From: an uncultured Microbacter sp.
GTDB taxonomy: Bacteria > Bacteroidota > Bacteroidia > Bacteroidales > Paludibacteraceae
Direction of reading: 5' to 3'
DNA length: 64,000 nt
NCBI GenBank assembly: GCA_963678265.1
Contig: OY782761.1
Location: 2,490,714 to 2,554,713 of the forward strand
Made by a program: the position numbers and the translations under genes. Shown in pieces: positions 38,617 to 46,314 of the stretch (the stretch's first letter is position 1; each line of letters begins with the position of its first letter). A model generated the notes under the pieces. That model was not told where the DNA came from and made no database searches. It worked only from the letters and a program-made list of their open reading frames with translations.

Positions 38617-39231
38617 ATGGCTAGAGAACATGTTTTGCTCGATTTTATCCGCTATCCGGTTATCGAAAAGATAAGCTTTTGCGATACAGTGCATGATCGG
38701 ATGACCGACAATCCGTTTTTTCTGACTCCGGATGTGCTGATGACAACCCTCAAGACAAAGAACGATGCTTTGAGAGCCGCGTATGGTGCTGCTCAGAAAG
38801 GGGGCCGGGAAGAGACCGTGCTGATGCATCAGGCCGAAGACGAATGGGATGATATGATGCGTAAAGAGGCGGCTTATGTCGATCGCATTGCCGATGGCGA
38901 CGGAGCCATTATACTGAATGCCGGGTTTAATACGACAAGAGAGCGTATGCCGGTACAACGGGCCGAGTTTACCGTAAAGCAGGGTGATAAATCGGGTTCG
39001 GCGCAGCTACGCCGCTTAGCGGTAAAGGGAGCCACCGCCTATATTTGGCAATACTGCAAAGATCCGGTTCCGATGGACGAGAGCGCGTGGATTACGGCCA
39101 GCACTACGGCGCAATCGACCGCTATTATTGGCGGCCTTACACCGCTTACACGTTACTGGTTTCGGGTGGCTGCCGTAACCCGGCAGGGAACCACCGACTA
39201 TACCGGCCCCGTGCTGCTGGCTGTTGTGTAA
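38617..39231 (+). CDS. hypothetical protein with a C-terminal fibronectin type III-like domain
   Basis: First ATG after the repeat array (MAREHVLLDF). The C-terminal ~90 aa carry an FN3-like pattern (AYIWQY...W...IGGLTPLTRYWFRVAAVTRQGTTDYTGPV). Confidence 0.55.
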   Translation: MAREHVLLDFIRYPVIEKISFCDTVHDRMTDNPFFLTPDVLMTTLKTKNDALRAAYGAAQKGGREETVLMHQAEDEWDDMMRKEAAYVDRIADGDGAIILNAGFNTTRERMPVQRAEFTVKQGDKSGSAQLRRLAVKGATAYIWQYCKDPVPMDESAWITASTTAQSTAIIGGLTPLTRYWFRVAAVTRQGTTDYTGPVLLAVV

Positions 39232-39260
39232 CGACGGCTGCAACCGGCTTATCTATCCGC

Positions 39261-39300
39261 AAGGGGGCTTTCTGCAAAGGAGGCCCCCTTTGTTGTTGTC
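39261..39300 (+). terminator. Rho-independent terminator after the FN3-like gene
   Basis: The stem aagggggc/gccccctt is followed by a T-rich tgttgttg tract. Confidence 0.5.
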
Positions 39301-39876
39301 GGGCCTCAATTGGGTGTAGATAGTTTTTGTTAGGTGTTCGGTCGAAATTAGTAAAGAAACCGTATAAAAAAGTGCATTTTTGTGTGAGAATGTTATTTTA
39401 CTATTAAATATTATAAGTATGTTTGCAATGTTAAAAGTTAAACTGTGAGACGTGCTTAACGACGAACCGGCTGAAATGCAGTGAATACCGTGTATTTACT
39501 GGGGTTTCGGACGATCGGAGAATTAAAAAGATTTTTTTATTGCAGGAGTATAAAGATTATAAAAGTTCGTCAAACGGGGGCTGTGTTGAACGGAGGAAAG
39601 AAAAAATAGTGTATGGTATGAGCACAGAACAGAGCTGTGGGTTGGCGAGGGAAAATGTAATCGATCCTGTTGATGTGGAATAAAATATTTATAACTAATT
39701 TGCAGTATTAATTTTTCATTCGTTTGATTGTAATTGTAAATTACTTGGGTTATGGATACAAGATATTACTTGACCAGATTTACAATAAATGGAACAAGTT
39801 TAAGAAAGAAGGTATATCTATTTGAAATGAGTCTTATAAATTATCAATACAGTTAAATGCTATAAAATAAATATGT

Positions 39877-40275
39877 ATGGAAGAAAATAACAAGAAGATG
39901 TTTTTGGGTCTTTATCAAATGCTATTAGCTGATGCTGAAGTTCATCCTAAAGAGTTAGAATTACTTTATCAGATAGGAAAAGAAAAAGGCAACATTACGG
40001 AAGAAGAAATTCAGATTGCAATCTTTTCACCTAACACATTTATTTCTTTAGATAGTTTGAGTAATGATGAACGAATAGAATATCTATATAATCTATCTCG
40101 TATTGCTTGGGCAGATGGCAAAATTGATGAAAAAGAAAAGAATATTTTACAAGATGCAAGTCTACGACTTGGATTTGCAGAAGAAAATTCAAAAGAAATA
40201 GCCGATTTTCTTTTACAGCAAGCCAAAGAATATAAGTCATTTGACGAAGTACTACAAATAATAAAACATTCATAA
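39877..40275 (+). CDS. TerB-like (tellurite resistance TerB / DjlA N-terminal type) domain protein
   Basis: 132 aa. Two helical half-repeats carry the TerB signature (LLADAEVHPKELELLYQIG and IAWADGKIDEKEKNILQDASLRLGF). Confidence 0.7.
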   Translation: MEENNKKMFLGLYQMLLADAEVHPKELELLYQIGKEKGNITEEEIQIAIFSPNTFISLDSLSNDERIEYLYNLSRIAWADGKIDEKEKNILQDASLRLGFAEENSKEIADFLLQQAKEYKSFDEVLQIIKHS

Positions 40276-40277
40276 AT

Positions 40278-41540
40278 ATGGCACTTAAAGATATATTTAC
40301 AATTCAAAAGCCTATTCCAACTGAATTTAAAATACAAAAAGTAAATTCTGATGATTCAATTGCTGTTATTTCAGGAGCTTCATACACAGCACGTGGGACA
40401 AAAGATGCTGGATATTGTGGTGGTTCTTCTCAAGCGCTACTGCCAAAGTTACATGCTGTATATATGCAGCTTACAAGGTATATTCAGCAAGATGACATGA
40501 AACAATATGAACGAAAAAATGAAATAAGACAAGAAATAGCTATTATAGAAGCCCGAAAAGTTAATACCGAAAACGGAATCAAAATTGAACAAGAAAAATT
40601 AAATCACGAAGAAAAAAAGATTGAAAAAATTATCAATGAAATTGATGAAATTAAAGAGAATCCAAAAATTGTCTCTGGAGACTCATTTGCCAAAACAAGT
40701 TTTTTTATTGGCCTAGCGATAATTACATTTCTTACGATTTATTTGTTTGTCTTTTATAGCTCAGCTGCATATTCTGCATTTTTTAAAAATTTCACGCCTG
40801 ATGATACAAAAATTACTCAAGCTATTTTTGATGCGAATGCAATAGCCAAAGCTTGGGCTGATGGATTGACAGAGTTAGTTTTTATTATTGTTATTCCTGC
40901 AGTGTTTTTGGGATTAGGATTTTTGATATATAAGTTTTTAGAAGAAAAAAGCAAAGCTAAATATTTTAAAGTTGTTAGTTTGATTCTTGTTACGTTTGTT
41001 TTTGATTTTATTATAGCCTATGCGATTGTTAAAGAAATTTATAATATAAGAATAGGAGAATTATTTCAAGAAATGCCCCCAATGACTATTGGGAGAGCCT
41101 TTCAAGAAGTAAATTTTTGGATAATTATTTTTGCAGGTTTCGTTGTTTATATTATTTGGGGGTTAGTGTTTAGTTTTACAATGAATGAATATGAGAAGAT
41201 GGATAATATTAGGTATGCGATTAAAAATAAAGAGCAAAAATTAATAGAATACAAAACTGAATGTAAAATTATAAAGGAAAAAATTTCAATACTTCAGACT
41301 GAAAAGAATAATATCCAAGGTCAAATAGACAAATTAAAAATACAAATCGAATCTTATGTCCTCTATTTTAATGACGTGAGAGAAGGTATTAATAACTACT
41401 TTACAGGTTGGGTTGGATATTTAAAATCTACAGTAGCACCACAAATACAAGTAGATGAGTGTGAACACATCAAAGAAAAATTTCTAATTGAAATTAAAAA
41501 TTCTGATTTTATTAAGTCATCCTCAATATCTAATAATTAA
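40278..41540 (+). CDS. hypothetical 4-TM protein flanked by coiled coils
   Basis: 420 aa. N-terminal soluble and coiled-coil region (EIAIIEARKVNTENGIKIEQEKLNHEEKKIEKIINEIDEIKE), four hydrophobic helices, and a C-terminal coiled coil (KIIKEKISILQTEKNNIQGQIDKLKIQIES). It starts 2 nt after the TerB-like stop. Confidence 0.6.
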   Translation: MALKDIFTIQKPIPTEFKIQKVNSDDSIAVISGASYTARGTKDAGYCGGSSQALLPKLHAVYMQLTRYIQQDDMKQYERKNEIRQEIAIIEARKVNTENGIKIEQEKLNHEEKKIEKIINEIDEIKENPKIVSGDSFAKTSFFIGLAIITFLTIYLFVFYSSAAYSAFFKNFTPDDTKITQAIFDANAIAKAWADGLTELVFIIVIPAVFLGLGFLIYKFLEEKSKAKYFKVVSLILVTFVFDFIIAYAIVKEIYNIRIGELFQEMPPMTIGRAFQEVNFWIIIFAGFVVYIIWGLVFSFTMNEYEKMDNIRYAIKNKEQKLIEYKTECKIIKEKISILQTEKNNIQGQIDKLKIQIESYVLYFNDVREGINNYFTGWVGYLKSTVAPQIQVDECEHIKEKFLIEIKNSDFIKSSSISNN

Positions 41541-41545
41541 TAATC

Positions 41546-42427
41546 ATGAAAATAAAATATTTGTTTTTTATTGTAACTATTGCGGTGGTTTTTATTTCTT
41601 GTGGGAAGAAGAAAGAGAATAAGATTAATTCTTCCACAACACAGAAACAATTAAATATATCAATCCTTTTAGATTTATCCGACAGAATAAATCCACAAAA
41701 AAATCACGATGTACAAGTATTTGATATTGAAAATATCAAAACAATAACTGAATATTTCAAATCAAATATGTCAGATTTAGGTGCTTACAACGCAAAAGGG
41801 AAAATCAGAGTTTTTTTTAGTCCTCCACCGTCAAATCCCAATATAAATGCTATAGTAACCAAATTAAATATTGATTGTTCTATGCTGGATAACAAAAAAA
41901 GAAAACATGTGTATGATACTATTACAGAGCTTTATCAGAAATATTTAAACGAGATTTACAAAGAAGCTATTGCTACAAGTGCTTGGAAAGGTAGTGATAT
42001 TTGGCGTTTTTTTAAAGATGATGCTAAAGATTTTTGTGTTTCGAATGATACTACTTATCGTAATATTCTTATTATTCTTACTGATGGTTACCTTTATCAT
42101 AAACAGTCTCTGTTTAATCATAAAAACAGATACACTTATCTTTTAGGAAATACTAATTTGATGCAATACAGAAATAAAAATTGGGAAAAAATGGTTGAAC
42201 AAAATGATTTTGGAATTTTGACAGCATGCAATAATTTGAATAATTTGGAAGTTTTGGTTTTAGGTATTAAAGCAGAAAATCCAAGTCACAAAATAGACGA
42301 AGATATTTTGCAATTTCTATGGAAAAAGTGGTTTAAAGAAATGAATATTGCTCATAATGAAGCATATCACTTAGATTTGCCAGCAAATACAAAAACAAGA
42401 ATTGAAAACTTTTTAAAATCTAAATAA
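41546..42427 (+). CDS. hypothetical lipoprotein, possibly with a vWA-like fold
   Basis: Lipobox VFISC. A beta-strand plus acidic motif ISILLDLSDR and a later ILIILTDGY resemble the vWA MIDAS DxSxS and TDG strands, though the MIDAS is imperfect. It starts 5 nt after the upstream stop. Confidence 0.45.
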   Translation: MKIKYLFFIVTIAVVFISCGKKKENKINSSTTQKQLNISILLDLSDRINPQKNHDVQVFDIENIKTITEYFKSNMSDLGAYNAKGKIRVFFSPPPSNPNINAIVTKLNIDCSMLDNKKRKHVYDTITELYQKYLNEIYKEAIATSAWKGSDIWRFFKDDAKDFCVSNDTTYRNILIILTDGYLYHKQSLFNHKNRYTYLLGNTNLMQYRNKNWEKMVEQNDFGILTACNNLNNLEVLVLGIKAENPSHKIDEDILQFLWKKWFKEMNIAHNEAYHLDLPANTKTRIENFLKSK

Positions 42428-42591
42428 TATCAAATCCTCCTCCTGATGGTCTAAGTGTGGTAGATCCTCGTTCAAACTAAACGCAGTGTAGCTTGGACAC
42501 AGAATAGAATCAGTTTGTAACTGATTAGTTTCGCTAAACGTTGTTTGTGGCTGAAAACAACTTCGATGGATAGCCATATCCATATGTGTTG

Positions 42592-42599
42592 TACATTTG
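42592..42599 (+). promoter_or_regulatory. -7 box (TAnnTTTG)
   Basis: tacatttg lies 13 nt upstream of the ATG at 42612. Confidence 0.35.
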
Positions 42600-42611
42600 A
42601 TTTATAGAACT

Positions 42612-43052
42612 ATGAAAAAGATAATACTGGTATTAGCTTGTTTACTGATCGTTGTATCTGCCGTAGCTCAGGATACTATCCGATATACAACGATTAGTCT
42701 GAATATGCGGAAAGATGCCAATGCCTCTTCATCTATTGTGGCAACATTACCGCAAGGTACCTCTGTCGCCGTTGCCAAAGATTGTGATTGTCAATGGATA
42801 TTAATCTCATATAAAGGCAAGAGTGGTTATGTTGCGTCAAAATATCTTTCACATAATCAACCTGCACAATATCACCATAGTTCATCACATCACTCTTATA
42901 CAAATTCAGAAGGAGTAAAAGTTCAGTCTCCTACACACTACAAATCAGCACCAGCAGGTGCAACTGCTTTATGCAGGGATGGTACCTATAGTTTCAGTCA
43001 GCATCGTAGGGGCACTTGTTCTCATCATGGTGGCGTGTCAAGATGGCTTTAA
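42612..43052 (+). CDS. secreted SH3b-domain plus DUF3761-domain protein
   Basis: Signal peptide, an SH3_3-like region (LNMRKDANASSSIVATLPQGTSVAV...GKSGYVASKYL) and a C-terminal DUF3761 motif (CRDGTYSFSQHRRGTCSHHGGV). Confidence 0.65.
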   Translation: MKKIILVLACLLIVVSAVAQDTIRYTTISLNMRKDANASSSIVATLPQGTSVAVAKDCDCQWILISYKGKSGYVASKYLSHNQPAQYHHSSSHHSYTNSEGVKVQSPTHYKSAPAGATALCRDGTYSFSQHRRGTCSHHGGVSRWL

Positions 43053-43415
43053 ATTCTCCGTCCCGTTGGATTTATTTCTTGCGATCATGATTATTAATTA
43101 GCAACCGCTGTTTATTAATTGCAAAAAAACGATGGTATGGAATGTAAAAAAATATGATCCGGAAAGTATTGCAATCTCTCATCCCCTAGCGCGGGTCTCC
43201 TGACCCGTGTTACTTATAAAAGAAAAGTGAGTATGGCAATGGACACAGAGCAGAGCTCTGCGCCAGCAAAGGCCAGCAAGGAATATGAGTTAAAGTGGAG
43301 TAAATTTATGATTGTGAGGTTGATTAATACATTAGATCTGAATATCCGGCACCATTAATATAAAACTGAATATAATCCTTGATATATTATGCGCTAATCT
43401 ATTAAATCTATCATC

Positions 43416-44324
43416 ATGACAAATTATGACAATTTAGACTTCCGTAAATTTACAAGTCGTAGTGAAGCAGATAAGGCTATTCATTCTTTGAAAGGTATTT
43501 TATTGGGCATCAACTTTGATGAAATTATTAATGACAAGGAAATTCTTGAACTAAATAATTGGTGTAGTAAACATCAGGATTTGATTAACAGAAATCCATT
43601 CCGAGAGTTTATGACCCTGATTAAACAATCAATTCAGGATTCATCCTTGCGTAAGGATACATTGGAAGATCTATATTGGCTATGTCAAAAATATGAATCA
43701 GATAGTTATTATTATCAGGTAACCACAAATGATATTCAAACTTTACAAGGTATTTGCCATGGTATAATTGCTGATGGTGTGATTAAAGATATAGAAATTT
43801 ATAGATTGAATAAATGGTTAGAGGACAATCAACACATGACATCTTATTATCCTTATGATGAAATTAGATGTCTTGTTATGTCAGTCTTAAGTGATGGGAA
43901 AATTGATGATGAAGAACGAACAAGATTGCTTGCATATTTTAATGAATATTCAAATATAGCTACCGAGACTATTTTGCATGAAATTGAAGAAAAAATTGCA
44001 TCTACTAATATCGCAGGTATTTGTACTGTTGATCCGCAAGTTGAATTTTGTAATAAAACCTTTTGTTTTACTGGTGTTGCCAAAAGTGGAACAAGAGATG
44101 ACTTAATTAAGATTGTTACCAATTATGGGGGTATCTATAATGATAATGTTATTAAAAGTACGGATTATCTAATTGTAGGTGATAACGGAAATCCTTGTTG
44201 GGCATTTGCTTGTTATGGAAGAAAAGTAGAAAAGGCAATTTCTATGCGCAAGAAAGGTTCCCGTATTTCGATTATACATGAATTTGATTTTTGGGATTTT
44301 GTTGAAGACTATCATGCCTCATAA
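43416..44324 (+). CDS. TerB-like repeats fused to a C-terminal BRCT domain
   Basis: TerB-type motifs IIADGVIKDIEIYRLNKWL and VLSDGKIDDEERTRLLAYF. The C-terminus is LigA-type BRCT (FCFTGVAKSGTRDDLIKIVTNYGGIYNDNVIKSTDYLIVGDNG). Confidence 0.65.
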   Translation: MTNYDNLDFRKFTSRSEADKAIHSLKGILLGINFDEIINDKEILELNNWCSKHQDLINRNPFREFMTLIKQSIQDSSLRKDTLEDLYWLCQKYESDSYYYQVTTNDIQTLQGICHGIIADGVIKDIEIYRLNKWLEDNQHMTSYYPYDEIRCLVMSVLSDGKIDDEERTRLLAYFNEYSNIATETILHEIEEKIASTNIAGICTVDPQVEFCNKTFCFTGVAKSGTRDDLIKIVTNYGGIYNDNVIKSTDYLIVGDNGNPCWAFACYGRKVEKAISMRKKGSRISIIHEFDFWDFVEDYHAS

Positions 44325-44461
44325 TCTATCCTTTGTTCATCGTAGCGTATAAAGCCCACGCTGGCGCAGATCTCCTGATCTGTGCCTGAGCAAATGATAA
44401 AGAAACAGGCCATAAATGAACATAACACGCATACTAATAGCAACACACAAAGTAACCGACC

Positions 44462-45682
44462 ATGAAGAAGACAATTGCAATTTTAGCAGTATCCACCCTT
44501 TGTGGAATGACAAACGGACAGTCATTGCCTACAAATACCCAAAAGTATCCGCAACTAAAAATGATTGCGGACAAATTGAATTCTATCACCACCTATCAGG
44601 CCCATTGCGATCTATTTACGACGGACTCCGAACAGGGTCCGGGACATTATGCAGCAACCCTTTTTATCCAAAAAGTGCCGACTGACACGCTGTGTGGTTT
44701 TTACTACTATTTCAAAACAGATGAAAAATACAAGAAAAACGACATTAATTTTATTGCCTTTTTCAATAATGCTGTTTACTACTCAGAAAAAAATGCAATA
44801 AACAAATACACACTGCTTGATGACCCCATGCAATTCAGGGAAACAAAAGTTGGGACTGCTCATGATTTTCCGATTCATCGTTGTTCTCCCTATTTCTATA
44901 CTAGTCCGAAAGAGTTGAGTAAGTTTATAGATAAGTCACTCATTGACACTAAAAGTATCATTGAACAAAAACCGGACACATTAATTGGCGGAAAGTACTG
45001 CATAAAATATGTCATCAAAACGAATAATTCAATTGATTTCAAAAGTACGGAACTCTGTTTTGAGAAAAAGTCACTTTTGCCACTCTATTATCACTATAAA
45101 ATTAGTAACGGGAGGCGTTCTCAATCTGAGAGCGCAAAATTTACAAATACAAATGCTGATTTTCAATTACCTGCAAATTTTTTCAGTGAAGAAAGTTTAT
45201 TTGGCAGAAGACTGGATAAAAACACGAAGGAGATAAAACACCAACAGTTGACGATTGGAGCAGTTGCCCCTGGCTGGACATTACCCATATTGGGGAAAAA
45301 GATCAAACTTTCGAGTAAAGAGCTGCTTGGCAAATATATTATGCTCGAATTTACCGGAACATGGTGTCCTCATTGTAGAGATGCCGTAAAAATGATGAAC
45401 AGACTGGAAAACGAATTTAATGGGAATAAGAAGCTTTCCATTCTTTCTGTTTTCAGTACCGACATTGACAATGAAGCAAAGATAAAGAGATTTGCTACTG
45501 AGCAAAAAATCAAATCAACCATTTTACATTCGGCGAAAAGTGTTGGCGACAAATACTATGTAGCTGGTTATCCGACTTTTTTCATTATCGATCCAACAGG
45601 GAAACTTGTATTAACAATAGCCGGGTATAATCCAGAAATAGAAAAGGAAATCGCTACTTATTTGCGGAAGAATGTAAAATGA
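44462..45682 (+). CDS. TlpA/ResA-family thiol-disulfide oxidoreductase with an N-terminal accessory domain
   Basis: Signal peptide and a C-terminal thioredoxin fold with the WCPHC active site (FTGTWCPHCRD). Confidence 0.75.
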   Translation: MKKTIAILAVSTLCGMTNGQSLPTNTQKYPQLKMIADKLNSITTYQAHCDLFTTDSEQGPGHYAATLFIQKVPTDTLCGFYYYFKTDEKYKKNDINFIAFFNNAVYYSEKNAINKYTLLDDPMQFRETKVGTAHDFPIHRCSPYFYTSPKELSKFIDKSLIDTKSIIEQKPDTLIGGKYCIKYVIKTNNSIDFKSTELCFEKKSLLPLYYHYKISNGRRSQSESAKFTNTNADFQLPANFFSEESLFGRRLDKNTKEIKHQQLTIGAVAPGWTLPILGKKIKLSSKELLGKYIMLEFTGTWCPHCRDAVKMMNRLENEFNGNKKLSILSVFSTDIDNEAKIKRFATEQKIKSTILHSAKSVGDKYYVAGYPTFFIIDPTGKLVLTIAGYNPEIEKEIATYLRKNVK

Positions 45683-45797
45683 TACGAATTACGGGTGTTA
45701 ACGTCAGCTATCCTGTTCAGCGTAGCGTGTAAGCAGATTGGGGTTCGGTGTAGGGATGGCCACACGATACGAGAAAGAGAATAATAGAAATGTATAA

Positions 45798-46044
45798 ACC
45801 ATTAAGGCATTGAGGAGCATTAAGGCTTTATATTCTTCATTTCTTAATGGTGAAAGATAAGGGCGCTTTTGTAATAACAATACAAACATCTCAGGGCTAA
45901 AGCCCCTGCTGCGGTTGGTCTGTAGTAGCTCCGCCCTGAAGAGCGGAGTTATAATCTTATCTTGGGGATGTGGAGATCGAAGTAAACCATTAAGACATCA
46001 AGGGGCATTAAGTCTCTATGTTCTTCATTTCTTAATGGTGAAAG
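45798..46044. repeat. composite H-S-H repeat unit, copy 2
   Basis: H modules lie at 45798-45856 and 45985-46044, with an S module (tagctccgccctgaagagcggagttataatc...ggatgtggagatcgaag) between them. Confidence 0.85.
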
Positions 46045-46314
46045 AAAGGTTTTAGCCCCGCTTCAGCGTGAGCCATGCAACCGACAGCGACGAGCGGGCT
46101 GATTTATGATAGGACCTTCAAGGTTAGGTATATAGTATATAAGGCAGTAGTTTTGAACTGAAAAATCAGAGAGGACAAACCCGGCCACACGGGAGAACCC
46201 GTGCGGCAGCGATGAAAGACGATTGTCGATTAAGACACACATCGTCTTTTGTCTTGTCTGTTCGGGAAAATTCATGATTATTAATTCATCTATATAAACG
46301 CCATTAAATAAGCT

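Noticed and set aside
39400-45700. Prophage or integrative element interpretation of the AT-rich island.
   Set aside because: There is no integrase, recombinase, tRNA target, or phage structural or conjugation gene in or next to the island. Only compositional deviation and flanking short repeats support horizontal origin, so it is reported as an island of unknown mobility.
46049-46314. Cobalamin or other riboswitch upstream of the TonB-dependent-like barrel gene.
   Set aside because: Several small hairpins are present (cccggccacacggg, aagacgattgtcg...catcgtctt). There is no B12 box or other known riboswitch core. Parts of the region resemble the dispersed repeat debris seen at 45704-45790.
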